Origin: Glaucostegus cemiculus
Taxonomy: Eukaryota
Length of the DNA stretch: 64,000 bases
Assembly (NCBI GenBank): GCA_976551045.1
Contig: CDPCPM010000056.1
Span: 6,324,001 to 6,388,000, forward strand
Direction of reading: 5' to 3'
Positions within the stretch are counted from its first letter, which is position 1. Each line of letters opens with the position of its first letter. The notes under the pieces are model-generated. The model ran no database searches. It was not told where the DNA came from and saw nothing but the letters and a program-made list of their open reading frames with translations. Positions 1-11,992 of this stretch are shown here, one piece after another. Position numbers and translations under genes: made by a program.

Positions 1-449
1 CTTTATGCACAACCTACTCAAGCGGATCTGTAGTTTTCAGCTACCACATCGATTTGAAGATATAGAAGGTATCTTTAGAGCAGTTCATTTGTTCTGTTGC
101 CCACTACAGTTTGTCTATGGATAGGGGATGTTTTGCTTTGATACTAAAGAAGTTCTTCACAATGTTTCATGACACTGAGCATGGTAAAGTAATGTTGCTA
201 GCCCAGCTTGCATCATTCCAGTTAGGGAGGGATAAACATAATAGATTGGGTAATTAAATTTAACAATATGGTAATTAACCAATGATAAAACGCAAAAAGT
301 GGTATCAAGCAGCATCTACTCAACAATAACCAGTTCACCAAAGCTCAGTTTAGCTTTGGCCTGGACCGCATGGCCCCAGCGGCGTTAAGTCAGCTTTTGA
401 CAGCGTGTCAAATAATAAAACTGAAACCAAATGGCAAACTCTCCACAGG

Positions 450-832
450 CTGTTGTCACATCTCATAGAGGAAAACATTTATGCTCTCGTCTCTTCTCTG
501 CCCTCTCATCAGGTGGAAGATGCAAAAGCCTGAAAGCACCTACAACCAGACTCAAGGACAGCTTCTGTCCTGCTATTGTAAGACTACTGAATGGTCCCCC
601 AGTACAACAAGATGAACTCGTAACATCACAATCTACCTCATGACGGCTTTGCACCTTATTGTCTGGCTGCACTTTCTCTGTAACTGTACACTTTATTCTG
701 CATTCTGATATTGTTTTCCATTGTACTACCTCAAATGCACTGTGTAATGGGATAATTTGTATGGATGGCATGCAAAACTAAGTTTTTCACTGTACCTCAG
801 TACATGTGACAATAATAAACCAATTTACCAAA
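450..832 (+). mobile_element. Rex1/Babar LINE 3' fragment
   Basis: LSSGGRCKSLKAPTTRLKDSFCP plus a 3' UTR/tail similar to 25560-25910. Confidence 0.75.
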
Positions 833-1974
833 TTTTACTTGTCACAGTTAGAGCATTATGTATAGTTCTGGTTGCCACACTGCATATGGACAGAGAGAGT
901 GCTAAAGCAATTTACCAGCATGTGGCCTGGAATGGAGGGCTGTAATAGTGTTGCACTAACCGCTACACTACTGTGTATTAACATCTGACAGAAATCTTTC
1001 CCTTATTCCTCAAACTCTTTCAGCATTGTCTATTTGTTTATTCCTTCGTCCAGTTATTTAATTTTCCTTTAAGTGAAAATGTTTCTACCTGTATTCATAC
1101 CATTCTTTGCAAGATTACTCCACAATTACAGAAAGTAGGAACAGTGACAATCCCTTCATGGGGAAGGTGCAGCGTATGGAGTTGTATGGAATTGGAGAAC
1201 AAAGCCTGAAAGAAAATAGTCAGCCCACCATATTACTTTCTGCATCCCTTAGGATGGCACTCATGCTGCTGAAGCTGAAAGCTATTAAGTAAAAGGCCAG
1301 ATTTTGAAAAGCATCCAAGTTTTCTTGGCTCCAGGCACATTGCTGTCGCTGTGCCAGCACAGGACCTAAGGGCACAAATGACTCATCTTTTCATCCAGTC
1401 TCACTTTTCAGATTGACTGGATGAATTCAGTGGGTGCTGGCATTGTACATGTAGCATCAGAAGGTACAAGCCTCATAGAAAGGGAAAAACATTGTATCAG
1501 CATATTCTCAAGGCAATAAACAATGGCCCAAAATATTTACAAAATGTATTTCATAACCTGTACAACCAAACTGAAATGTCAATATCCTAGACTTGAAGTG
1601 TTAATAATCTTTTAAAAAGGGTCTAACTCAAGAAAGAAATCACCTCCTTGTGCCCACCCGGCCTCCACTCTTTCGTCCACTTATCACTGCTCTGCTTTTC
1701 CCTCCTATATATTGGGCTTCTCCTTTTCCTATCTTCAGTCCTGAAAGGTCCTGACCCAAAATGTTGACCGCCTGCTTTTCTCCACAGATGCTGCCTGGCC
1801 TGCTGAGTTCCTCCAGTATCACAGCGTTTGGTATTAACAGCACAGGCAGGAAGAGATGAGGTGCTGCCTTGAGAATTTGGGGAGTTACGTAGAAAATTAA
1901 AAAGCAGGACCCCTGGAGTTGTACTCTTAGTATTATTCCATGTGCCATATGATAGTGAGGCCAGAAATAGGAAG

Positions 1975-2600
1975 ATAGTACAGTTGAATGCATGGCTAAA
2001 GTGCTGGTGTAGGAAGGAGTGCTTCAGATATCTGAATCATTGGGATCTCTTCTAGGGCAGGGGGGCCTGTACATGAAGGATGGGTTACATCTAAACTCGA
2101 GGGAAATCAATATCATAGAGCTCAAGCTACTAGGAAGGGTTTAAACTTGTACGGCAGGAGATTGGAATTGGAGCAGTAGGACAGCAGGTAGAGAGATTGA
2201 GGGAAAAGTAATGGTTAAGTCAAGCAAGTCTAATTGCAAAAACAGGTAGAGCCAGGATAATCAACATGGCAGGAATGATCTGAAGTGTATTTGTTTGATG
2301 CATGTATGCTGGGTAAGGCAGATGAACATAGAGCATGGATTTGTACAAGGAACTCTGATATTGTATCCATTATATAAACTTGGTTGAAAGAAGGGCACGA
2401 CTGTCAGCTCTGCACACGTTTTAGACATGACAGAGAGGGATGCAAGAGGTGGGGATGTTGCATTACTGATTTGGAAGAATGCCACTGCTGCATTAAGAGA
2501 GAACATCTTGGAGGGCTCATCCAGCCTTAGGGGTAGAACTCAGAAATAAGAAAGGTGTGATTACCATGGTGAGTATTGGCCTTCCAATAGCCAGTGGGAG
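1975..2600 (+). mobile_element. Decayed CR1 ORF1-end/APE fragment
   Basis: Nucleotide and motif similarity to the CR1 5' pieces at 26150-26530 and 61300-61900. Confidence 0.65.
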
Positions 2601-2610
2601 CTAGAGGAAC

Positions 2611-2985
2611 ATTGACTTCCCAACTTTTGTACTCAATACCTTGACTGATAAATACAAGCAAACCAAATGTCGTTTTCACTACCCTATCCACCTGTGTCAC
2701 CATTTTCAGAGAGCTAAGGATTTGCACCCAAAGGACTTTTTGTATATCAATTCCCCCAAGGCTCCTACCATTTACTCTACAAGTCCCAAGAGAATGTGAC
2801 CTCCCAAAGTGCATTACCTCACACTTGTCTGGAATAAATTCCATCTGCCACTGCTCTGCCCAATTTTGCAATTGATCTATGTCCCACTGCATCATTAAAC
2901 AACCTTCTTTGTTACCAACAACTCTATCAATTTTTGTGTTGTCATCTATAAACATACTATTCACACCTCCTATTTTCTCATCTAA
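2611..2985 (-). mobile_element. CR1 RT fragment
   Basis: DIDQLQNWAEQWQMEFIPDKCEVMHFGRS. Confidence 0.85.
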
Positions 2986-5422
2986 GTTATTAACAAAGCA
3001 TCAGAAATGCCACATTTGACGTGCTGTGGAAGAATCGCCCTTCCCAGATATTATTTGTAAATGCATTCGAGGATTAGCAAAAATAGAATTATTAATTCAA
3101 AGTTTGACAAAATTAAATATCAGGCCATTAACCAGAATACAACTGTTTTCTGTCAAGAAGCTTTCAAAGAAAGGTTAAATGCTGGATGTGAACATGAGAA
3201 GGTAAAAATTGAAAAATGTAATTATTCTAGAATATATCATTTGAACACCTTAGAGTATTGTAAATCTGTCCAGTTCAGCACTTAGGCTGTTATGTACTGT
3301 TGCTGAGTGACCTGGGGTGCAAATTCCAATGAAATTAATTGCCAAATCACTAGTAAATCTAAAACTGTACTCCCTCTTTCTCTCTCTCAAGAAAATTGGG
3401 AATGAAGAGAGTACCATGTGCAAGAATTCTGATAGGTGACCTTTTATCACTTTAGCATTAAAGGGATTAGTGACAAATATAGTTAAGAAGTAGAAAGGAA
3501 CTCTAGAAGTTAGGGCCAAGACAGCCAAAGGGAGACTTACCATTAGGTAGGGTGTGGAAGAAAAATGTACCACAGCCCAAGATGGAGGGTTTTACAGCTC
3601 AAAGACTTTACAATTACGGATGGTGGAGCCTACTGAGGTATTTGAGCATGAGAAATAGAAGAGAAATTTAATTCTGAAGCACTGAAGACCTGGGATACGG
3701 TGTAGACTTCTGAGCGCGCAAGTGACAGTTGAATGGAATTTTATACAGGCAACAAAGATTGGAATGAGGCCAACTTAATAGAGGGCAAATGGGTTACTAT
3801 TTAGAAATAAAGGGCTGATTACTTACAACCAAATGATGTGAAATGTTATTGCTCAGAAGAGTGCAAGTCTTTACCCTTCAAAGAGAGTCATTAAATATCT
3901 GTAAGGTAGAACAAGATAGGTTCTTGACTAGCAAGGGAGTGAAAGGTTACTGAGATAGATGGGAATGTGGAATAAAGGTTACAATCAAATCAGCTATAAT
4001 CTTATTGAATGATGAAGAATTGAGGGGCCAAGTGACTTAATCTTGCTGGCAATTTGTATGTCCCTTTGTGTGTATATTTAGATCAGTGGTTGGGGAAGAT
4101 GGTTAGGAGAACATTTAAATACTTGAGCTAGAGGCAAGAATTGCATGCATTAGTATTTATCATCATCAAAGGCACTGAGATGAAGTTGGAGAAGGGTAAC
4201 ATGGAGGAAATAAGTGACAGACTTTGTGATGGAAAAGAGGCAGGTTCAGATTTAGGGCCAACTAAGGGACATTACAATTCAACCTAAGACAGTGGGCAAA
4301 AAAGGGGGATGGAATCAAAAGCAAAGGAACTGTGCTTCTGGAAACCAATTGTGTCCAAGTTAAAAGTTCAAGGCTTCACTACTAGAATTACTAGGACTAA
4401 TTCTAAAAGACGTACATGTAAGTTAATTTGGGGGTTTAAAGTGGGCGGTGCGGACTCGTTGGGCTGAAAGGGCCTGTTACCACACTGTAAATAAAATGTA
4501 AATGTAAAACAATGTAATTTGATGAGAATTATCAGGAGACTCAGGAAATAGATAACCAGAAGTCAAGGATTTCTGAATTAGAAATTCTACCATGCCTCAA
4601 GAGAAAGGGAAAATCTCTGCAAGTACCTGAAGGCCAAGGTCCAACAAAAAGCCTGTGATTTAAAGAATAGATAAAGGTAGGAAAAGTGCAAGAGGTCGCC
4701 AATTTGCTGATAACTATGACATATACAGATTCTTCAGTGCTGTCAAAACCACCTTTGGCCCACAGTGCTGAGAGCCAAAAATAGGCGAGCTTATCAAGAA
4801 GAGGTAGTCAGCACTTGCAGAAGGTAGGACTTTGAATAACTCCTCAATCAGGAACCTGTCTTTACCTCTGTCTGACAGCAAACCAGCATCACTGACTCTC
4901 CAGAGTACTAACACTAAAATCTACATGATTAATGCCTCACGTTGTCACTCACACACATTCCACCCTCTCCATCTCTACTGACTGATATAATTTCCACAAG
5001 AATTTTATTAGCGTCACAGTTATGCAGCACAGCAACTTGTCCATGCCGACCAGTATCTCTATCCAAGCTAGTCCAATTTGCCCAAGTTTGGCCCATGTCC
5101 CTCTAAACTTTTTCTATCCATGCATGTGTCCAAGTGTTTCTATGGAAAGTTATCTCATTGTGAACAATCTATCCGAGGACTGCAGTCCTCAATAATAGCA
5201 GGAACTTTTACTGAGCCTAGGATAACAAAACAAAACTAAAAAATGATGCAATAACACCAAAAAGATCCTACTGAAATAGCCATTAACTCAAATGGTAAAA
5301 TGCAAATATAACTATGCAAAGACCTTGTGAATTTTTCACTAGCTTAAATCAACAAAGCAAGCCTGTGTGATCAGGGCACGCTTACCATAAATGGTTTGAT
5401 CCTAAATAAAAAAAAAAGTTAC

Positions 5423-5590
5423 CTTTTTCTGCTCTAGCTGGGCCTCCTCTTGGCAGCATCGTCTGCAGTCTGGGTCTAGTTGGTTGAGCCCAAACTGACC
5501 AAGGAGGTCACAAGAACTGCAGAGTAAGTTACTGGAAAAGCCAAGTTCTCGGCAGGCTTCGGATGAGAGATCCGCACCACATGTAGCTAT
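5423..5590 (-). CDS. SELENOF: Selenoprotein F coding exon 2 (168 bp), Cys-rich UGGT-binding region
   Basis: Manual translation IATCGADLSSEACRELGFSSNLLCSSCDLLGQFGLNQLDPDCRRCCQEEAQLEQKK closely matches vertebrate SEP15. Flanked by a TTTTCAG acceptor and a GTAAC donor. Confidence 0.96.
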
Positions 5591-5944
5591 CTGAAAACAG
5601 AAAACAATGACTAATGATTATATGATCAGTCAACTGGAAATTAATACGTAATACGAAAACAAATAAACTAGATTTCAGACTTGAATTAAAGTAATAAAAC
5701 TGATGTGCCACATTGAAAAGCTCATTTTTTCCAACTGATCGATGCTACTTGATCATTAGTTTGTGTAATAAATGATATTGCTTAAAGCAAGCCTAGAAAA
5801 CATTCAGGTTTCAGCTATTAACTGACCATCTCAAACTAGGGAGCTAATTATCTCTGCTCAACAATCAAGAGCATTACCACTGTCAATTTCCCATATTCAC
5901 ATGGTCACTGTCACACAAATGCTGCAGCTACCAGAGCTTGGCAG

Positions 5945-6640
5945 AGGTGATGCACATTGCTGATGACCTGCCCTGGTCTATTAAGACCACAGCCCTCACC
6001 AAGAAAGCCCAGAAACACCTCTACTTCCTGCAGAGACTGAGGAAAGTGAATTCCCATCCTTCTAGTATGAAAACTTTTTATAGAGGGACCATTGAGAGTA
6101 TCCTGACACACTGCATCACTATCTGGTATGGGAGCTGCTCAGCTGCTGATCGGAAGGCCCTTCAGAGAATAGTGAGAGCAGCAGAAAAGATCATAGGTGT
6201 CTCTCTACCCTCTATTGCAGATATATATAAGGACTGATGTGTCAGAAAGATCACAATCATAATGTCGGACCCTTCTCACCCCTCCTACCACCTCTTTACA
6301 CTCTTGCCATCCGGAAGAAGGCTCTAGTGCATCCGGGAAAGGACTACCAGATTGTGCAATAGCTTCTTCCCACAAACTATCAGAACTGTGAACTTCCTCA
6401 TCCCTCCTTCACTCCCGCCAACACCAAAGGATGCTAGGCATACAGAAATGCACCAGCACTTTAAATGTCCATTGTCAGACGGACGTTATCTATTTAATTT
6501 TGTGGTTCCAATGTTTTTAGTGTCTTTCTGTCTGTGTCTCTCATTGTTTATTTCTTTTTTAATGTGACGAGCACCTTGTGGTATTTCGCTTCTATGCATA
6601 CTGAATGTGTATAGTAGTGACAATAAAAACTGATTCTGAT
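5945..6640 (+). mobile_element. Rex1/Babar LINE 3' fragment (different subfamily)
   Basis: KKAQKHLYFLQRLRK...FYRGTIESILTHCITIWYGSC, the RT C-terminal region; tail GTGACAATAAA. Confidence 0.8.
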
Positions 6641-8349
6641 AGTGACCAAAACACTTTTACTACCAACAAATCAAAAGGCGATGGAATGATTCCTAATTTA
6701 AAAGTTGTATGCACTAACATTAAGTACTACACCATCTTGCACAAAACAGTTAGTGAATTGATACTTTGTCCACCATCATAAACATTCGCCCAGATTGTTT
6801 TTCAGTGATCAAAAAGGATTGCCAAACTGCAATTTTCACTCTTAATTATTTTCTGACTGCTAAAAGCAGTAGTGCATCTTCTGAACAATGCAACCGTGAC
6901 TATACATAGGCAATAAATGAATCATGTTCCTTTTTACCTTAGCAATTTTGTCCAACTACAAAAGCCTTGGAGATATATTCACTTTGAATTTTGGACAGTT
7001 CAGCACCCCCACATTTAATTGTTCCATCATCAACTCAGCTGCCAAGGCCTTTAAGTTCTGATGAAGGGTCTCTGTGCTGAAATATTAACCTGGGTTCTCT
7101 TTCCACAGATCCTGCCTGACCTGCTGGATGTTTCCAGCATTTTCTGTTTTTATTTCAGATTTCTAACTTCTGCAATTTTGTTTTTTTTATTTTTCTAAAG
7201 TTCTGTGAATTCCCTCTGTAAACCACGTTGCTTCTTTTCCTGTCACAATCTTCCTTCACATCCAGTTCTTGACCAAGCTCCAGTCATCTGTATCAATGTT
7301 TCTTTATACTGTTCTATGCCAAATTTTTGTTTGCTAACAGTCGTTGGAAGTACCACGGGCCATTTTGCTATGATAAGGCACTTGATGAATATGTTGCTGT
7401 TTATGCATGCCTTTATGCCTTAAACAAAACTAAAAAAAAAAAGAGGTATTAAGTGATGGGAGATGAAAACAAAGTGCATTTAAATAAGCCTCACTACATT
7501 TGGCACAAGAACAGCTTACTTTCAGCTTCTCCCTGGTTTTGCAAAATTGCCTTGCATATACTTCATATCGCTATCATGTCAGTCAAGCACAAGAGAGTTT
7601 ATTGGCACACCTTCACATTTCATAGCAATCACTGGAATATAATCAACATATTTAACCACAGGATGGTTAAAAAAAATCTCTTTAATATAACATATTCTCA
7701 ATGGGCTGGAACTAACACTCTCTTATATTTCTCCACCTGATTTTTTCAAAATCTTGCTTTTACCAAATTCATGTAGAATAGAATATTCAGTTCCAAAGGC
7801 ACCAGTAGAACTTTTAGTACCTCTGTTAATAAGCTATTTATATGGCTGTGAATTTCATTAAAAGCAAGCAATATCTTTTACAAAGTATCCTAGTTTTGAC
7901 TGCAATAAAGTCCCCATTAACTTTCAAGTTACAGACATAACATCTTTCAGTTATTTGCTGATAAAATTTATCCTATCTCCTTGACCATAGGTAATAATGC
8001 TTAGTTCATAGAACCTGTCAAACCTACTGAATGTTTCCAGCACTCCATTTTTAATTTCTATTTTTTGAACATTTGGTTTAATTGCACGTGAAGTGTACCA
8101 AAGCTCTTGTAATGGCAAGTGCCAAGAAAATGCATTTGTACAATATCTCATTGTATATAAAGCACATATAATAAAGTACATTTTTATAACATATGTACAT
8201 ATTTCTGCAAAGTAGGAAAAGCAATGGCCAACTTGTACATAGTCTCATATTTCTTTTTACAGCAACCCAAGTGCACAGATAGGGCATCAGTTTAACAAGG
8301 GAGTAGGACAGATAATTGTGTGGCTAGAGAAATAGTGCAAAATGAAAGA

Positions 8350-9290
8350 CATTAGGTTCCTGGGACACCATGAATAGTTTTTGGGGAAAGCAGAACTTGT
8401 TCAGGCTTGATGGATGGCACCTCAACTGACTTGGGCCCACCAACTTGAAAGTTTACCCATAATGTGGGGAGGGGAGAGGGGAGTTTAAACTAATCTGGCA
8501 GGACTTCAGGCAAACAGGAGCACTGAAAAGCAGAAAAATACAAAAAGGATTGGGAGAGAGAAATATCACCAGAACAAGAAATGGAAATCTTTTAGACTTA
8601 AATAGATATCTTTTAGACTTAAATAGATAGAGAGTACAAGGTCTAAGCTTGGATCGCAGTGCATGCATGTAAATACGAAAAGTGTGTTTAGTAAGTTTGG
8701 TGAACCATGGGCACAATTAATCATGTTGGATAACAAGGTCTCAGCAACAACAGGCACTTGGCCCACAAAAGCATGGGAGTGCTCCAGATGTCTTTGGATT
8801 CATGGTTTTCCGGAAAGATAGAGAAGGAAGGGGAAGTGGTAGAGTAGATTAAGGAAAATATTGTAGTGGCGAGGGGATGTCATGGAACAATCAAGGACTG
8901 AATCCCTGTTTAGAATTAAGAAACGGCACTGTGATTACACTTGTGGGACTATTCTATAGGTCACTAATGAAGCAGAAAGGATATTGAAGAGCACATTTGC
9001 AAGTTACTTGCAAATGTGTGCGAAAGCCGCAGGGTACTGGTAATAGGAGTCTTCAACTATCCAAGTATTGCCTAGGATTGCAACAACACAAGGGGACAAA
9101 GAATAGGAAGAATTTCTGAAATGTTTTCAGAACTTTCTGAACAGCGTGTTTCTAGTCCATCAAAGACAGCGTTGCTGGACTTAGTTCTCGAAAATAAGCC
9201 AGGCCAAGAGAAACAAGTACTAGTGCAGCAACACTGAGGAAACAGCATTCATAATATTGCAAGATTTAGAATAGCTATGGTTAGGGATAT
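8350..9290 (+). mobile_element. Highly decayed CR1 ORF1/APE fragment
   Basis: Remnants of the GDFNYP and LDLVL motifs (GGAGTCTTCAACTATCC, CTGGACTTAGTTCTC). Confidence 0.6.
8587..8628. repeat. Perfect 21-bp tandem duplication
   Basis: ATCTTTTAGACTTAAATAGAT x2. Confidence 0.9.
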
Positions 9291-9304
9291 AGATCACTTT
9301 GATC

Positions 9305-10205
9305 AATTGGTTTATTATTGTCATGTGTACTAAGGTACAGTGAAACTCTTGCATACCATCCATACAGATCAATTTATTACAACAGTGCATTAAGGCAGTA
9401 GAAGGTAAAACAATAACAGAGTGCAGAGTAAAGTGTTACAGTACAGAGAAAGTGCATTGCAGGTAGACATTATGGTGCAAGGACACAATGAGGTAGACGA
9501 TGAGGTCAAGAGTCCACCTTATCATACTAGGGAACCATTCATTAATCTTATAACAGCAGGATAGAAGCGGTCCTTGAGCCTGGTCTGCACAATGGGAGGT
9601 GGGAGAAGAGAAAATGTCCAGGATCAGTGGGATATTTGATGATGCTGGCTGCTTCACCAAGGCAGCGAGAGGTATAGCCAGAGTCCATGGAGAGGAGTTT
9701 GGTTTCCGTGATGTTCTGAACTGTGTCTGCAACCCTCTTCAGTTCCTTCTAGTCACGGGCTGAGCAGTTACCATACCAAGCTGTGATACATCCAGATAGG
9801 TTGCTTTCTATGTTGCATCAGTAAAAATTGGTGAGGGTCAAAGGGGACATGCTAAACTTCTTTAGCCTCCTAAGGAAGTAGAGGCGCTGCTGAGCTTTCT
9901 TGGCCATGGTGTCAACGTGGTTGGACCAGGACAGGCTATTGATGATGTTCACTCCTAGGAACTTGAAACTCTCAACCCGCTTGACCTTAGCACTGTTAAT
10001 GTAGACAGCAGCATGTGCATCAACCCCCTTCTGGAAATTAATGACCAACTCTTTGGGTTTTCTGACATCAGGGGAAAGGTTGTTATCATAACACTATATC
10101 ACTAGGCTCTCTATCTCCTTCCTGTACTCCGACTCATCATTATTTGAGATACGGCTCACTACAATGGTATCATCTGCAAACTTATAGATAGAGTTAGAGC
10201 AGAGG
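9305..10205 (-). mobile_element. Rex1/Babar LINE 3' fragment
   Basis: ORF 9818-10048 (VESFKFLGVNI...KKAQQRLYFLRRLKKF) is homologous to 25200-25400; reverse-complement tail TTTATTATTGTCATGTGTAC. Confidence 0.82.
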
Positions 10206-11019
10206 TAAAATTAGACAAATGGAGAAAGGCTGGTTTTGATAAGATCAGAAGACATCTGGCGAGGGCAAACTGGAATCAAAACATGGCAGCCCAAAATATA
10301 TTTAAACAATGGTAAGGGGACACGTTTATGGTACAGTCTAGCACATTTCCATGAGGAAAGAAAATTAAATATCTCAGCCAGATCTCCTTGCAAGAAACAA
10401 GTCCTCTACAAAAGATTTAAAAAGTATACTATAATATGGATGTTTTTGTTCCTTCAAATATATCAACATACTTTAGTACTCATTGCATTCGCATTAGCTT
10501 AAATTGGTATATTTGAAGGAACAAAACCACCCATGTTATCCATATGATGTCCTTCTCTAAATCTAACATTTACTTTCACGTTCAACCGGTTTTCTTCCAT
10601 AACCACGAGGCTTTAAGAGCTCGACACTGCTGCACTTACACTACTTCCCGATACTCTTTCTACGTTACGCTCTATAACTACCAATAGTACCAATGGAATT
10701 AAGCTGGGAACTATGGGACTACTTTAGGATCACTGTTGTTTAAGAAGGTGACTTCCAAGATGAAGTAGACCCAAGAGGGCAGCTGAAGTAAAAGCAAATT
10801 TAGCCACTGGACTGAATCCAGCTCGAATGGCCACGGCGGTCACTGACCACGTCACCAAACCACGTCCTGGTTCAGCTGCACCGCTTCCATTCAGGCCCGT
10901 CCTACTCCAGAACTAAGAAATCCCACCGGAAAAAAACCAAAATCATCTAATTCACTAAAACGACATAAATCACCGAGAAAGTCGAACGTAATACAGAAAT
11001 CAAAACGTTCAATAATTAC

Positions 11020-11067
11020 CGCATTTAACAGGGAGAAGAACCACAATAGGTATCTCTCCACCGCCAT
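11020..11067 (-). CDS. SELENOF: Selenoprotein F (SEP15) coding exon 1, signal peptide MAVERYLLWFFSLLNA
   Basis: Minus strand reads AAG-ATG-GCG-GTG...AAT-GCG|GTAATT: good Kozak context, 16 codons and a phase-0 GT donor that joins exon 2 in frame. Head-to-head with HS2ST1, as in human. Not in the ORF track. Confidence 0.85.
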
Positions 11068-11702
11068 CTTGGATTAGCCCAAGCCCCTTTATCGGGGCTC
11101 CTACCGCCGGAAGATAAATTATCGCATATCATTAAAATTGAGTGTCAATATATATTACGCATTGGTTAAATTAACACCTTAGTCATTTGCTGCTGTTTAA
11201 TTGTTGTTTTTTTATTTTACAGGCGGATAAAGGAAACTACTAAAATGCATCGTCCCTAGGGAACGGAGAGCTTGTCGCGAAAAGGGCGTTGCGGGACTTT
11301 TTTTTTGTCTTCCCCAGAAGATTGGCAGGAGGAGCGTCCAATCAAGACTGGGAAAGCCGGAGCGGCGGGCGCGTCAATCAGAGGGCGAGTGGCGAATGGG
11401 AGGGAAGGAGGAGGAGGAGGCGGAGGCGGAGGGGCGGGGCCTTGCCTCGCAGCCTCGGCGCGTTTCCACCTGTAGGAGGGAGGGAGAGGCGCCGGGGCGC
11501 GAGAGGCGGCGGTTGGTGCTCGGACGCAGCGCGCGTGCGCGCGGAGGCAGGGCGTCCGGCCCCCGGCGGCAGCAGCGGGAGGGTGAAGGGCGGCCAGAGG
11601 CGCTGACGATCGCTGTCTGTTGAGGAGGGAGGGAAGAGGAGAAAAAAACCCCACTCGTTAGCCCTCAGTATCCGTGTGTCAACGCATTCGGCGGAGTTCT
11701 CC

Positions 11703-11783
11703 ATGTTTTCTCGGCGCCTGGGGTCTCCCTTCAGTTCCACGCCGGGCGATTTCACTCCTCGCCTCCTCTTCCATCTTTTGTGA
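11703..11783 (+). promoter_or_regulatory. Putative upstream ORF (26 aa) in the HS2ST1 5' leader
   Basis: ATG at 11703 is open to TGA at 11781-11783. It is a uORF only if the TSS lies upstream of 11703, which is not known. Confidence 0.4.
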
Positions 11784-11852
11784 TTCCCCCCCTCCTCCTC
11801 CTCCCCAATTGTTTTATATATTTTTTTCTCACCCCCTTAGAACACTCGCGTT

Positions 11853-11861
11853 ATGTCTTGA
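11853..11861 (+). promoter_or_regulatory. Minimal uORF ATG-TCT-TGA ending 7 nt before the HS2ST1 start codon
   Basis: Read directly: ttATGTCTTGAtaatttcATGGGG. Confidence 0.55.
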
Positions 11862-11868
11862 TAATTTC

Positions 11869-11992
11869 ATGGGGCTTCTAAGAATTATCATGCCGCCTAA
11901 ATTGCAGCTGCTTGTGGTTGTGGCATTCGTGGTCGCTGTGCTGTTCCTGGAGAAGCAGATCCAGAAGCTGGAGGAGTCTCGGGGAAAGCTGG
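11869..11992 (+). CDS. HS2ST1: Heparan sulfate 2-O-sulfotransferase 1 coding exon 1 (cytoplasmic tail, TM anchor, start of stem)
   Basis: MGLLRIIMPPKLQLLVVVAFVVAVLFLEKQIQKLEESRGKL matches the HS2ST1 N-terminus. The 124 coding nt end in G|GTAAGT (phase-1 donor at 11993). No exon 2 found in the window. Confidence 0.96.

Noticed and set aside
1386-1400. SELENOF exon 3 (GGA-TGA-AAA on the minus strand resembles G-U-K)
   Set aside because: The flanks do not encode LYAGAILEVC or LGRFPQVQ. The Sec exon and SECIS must lie beyond position 1.
11256-11755. Several overlapping GC-rich ORFs and the N-terminal extension of ORF 11674-12018
   Set aside because: Low-complexity by-products of the CpG island; HS2ST1 homology begins at ATG 11869 and ends at the donor at 11993.
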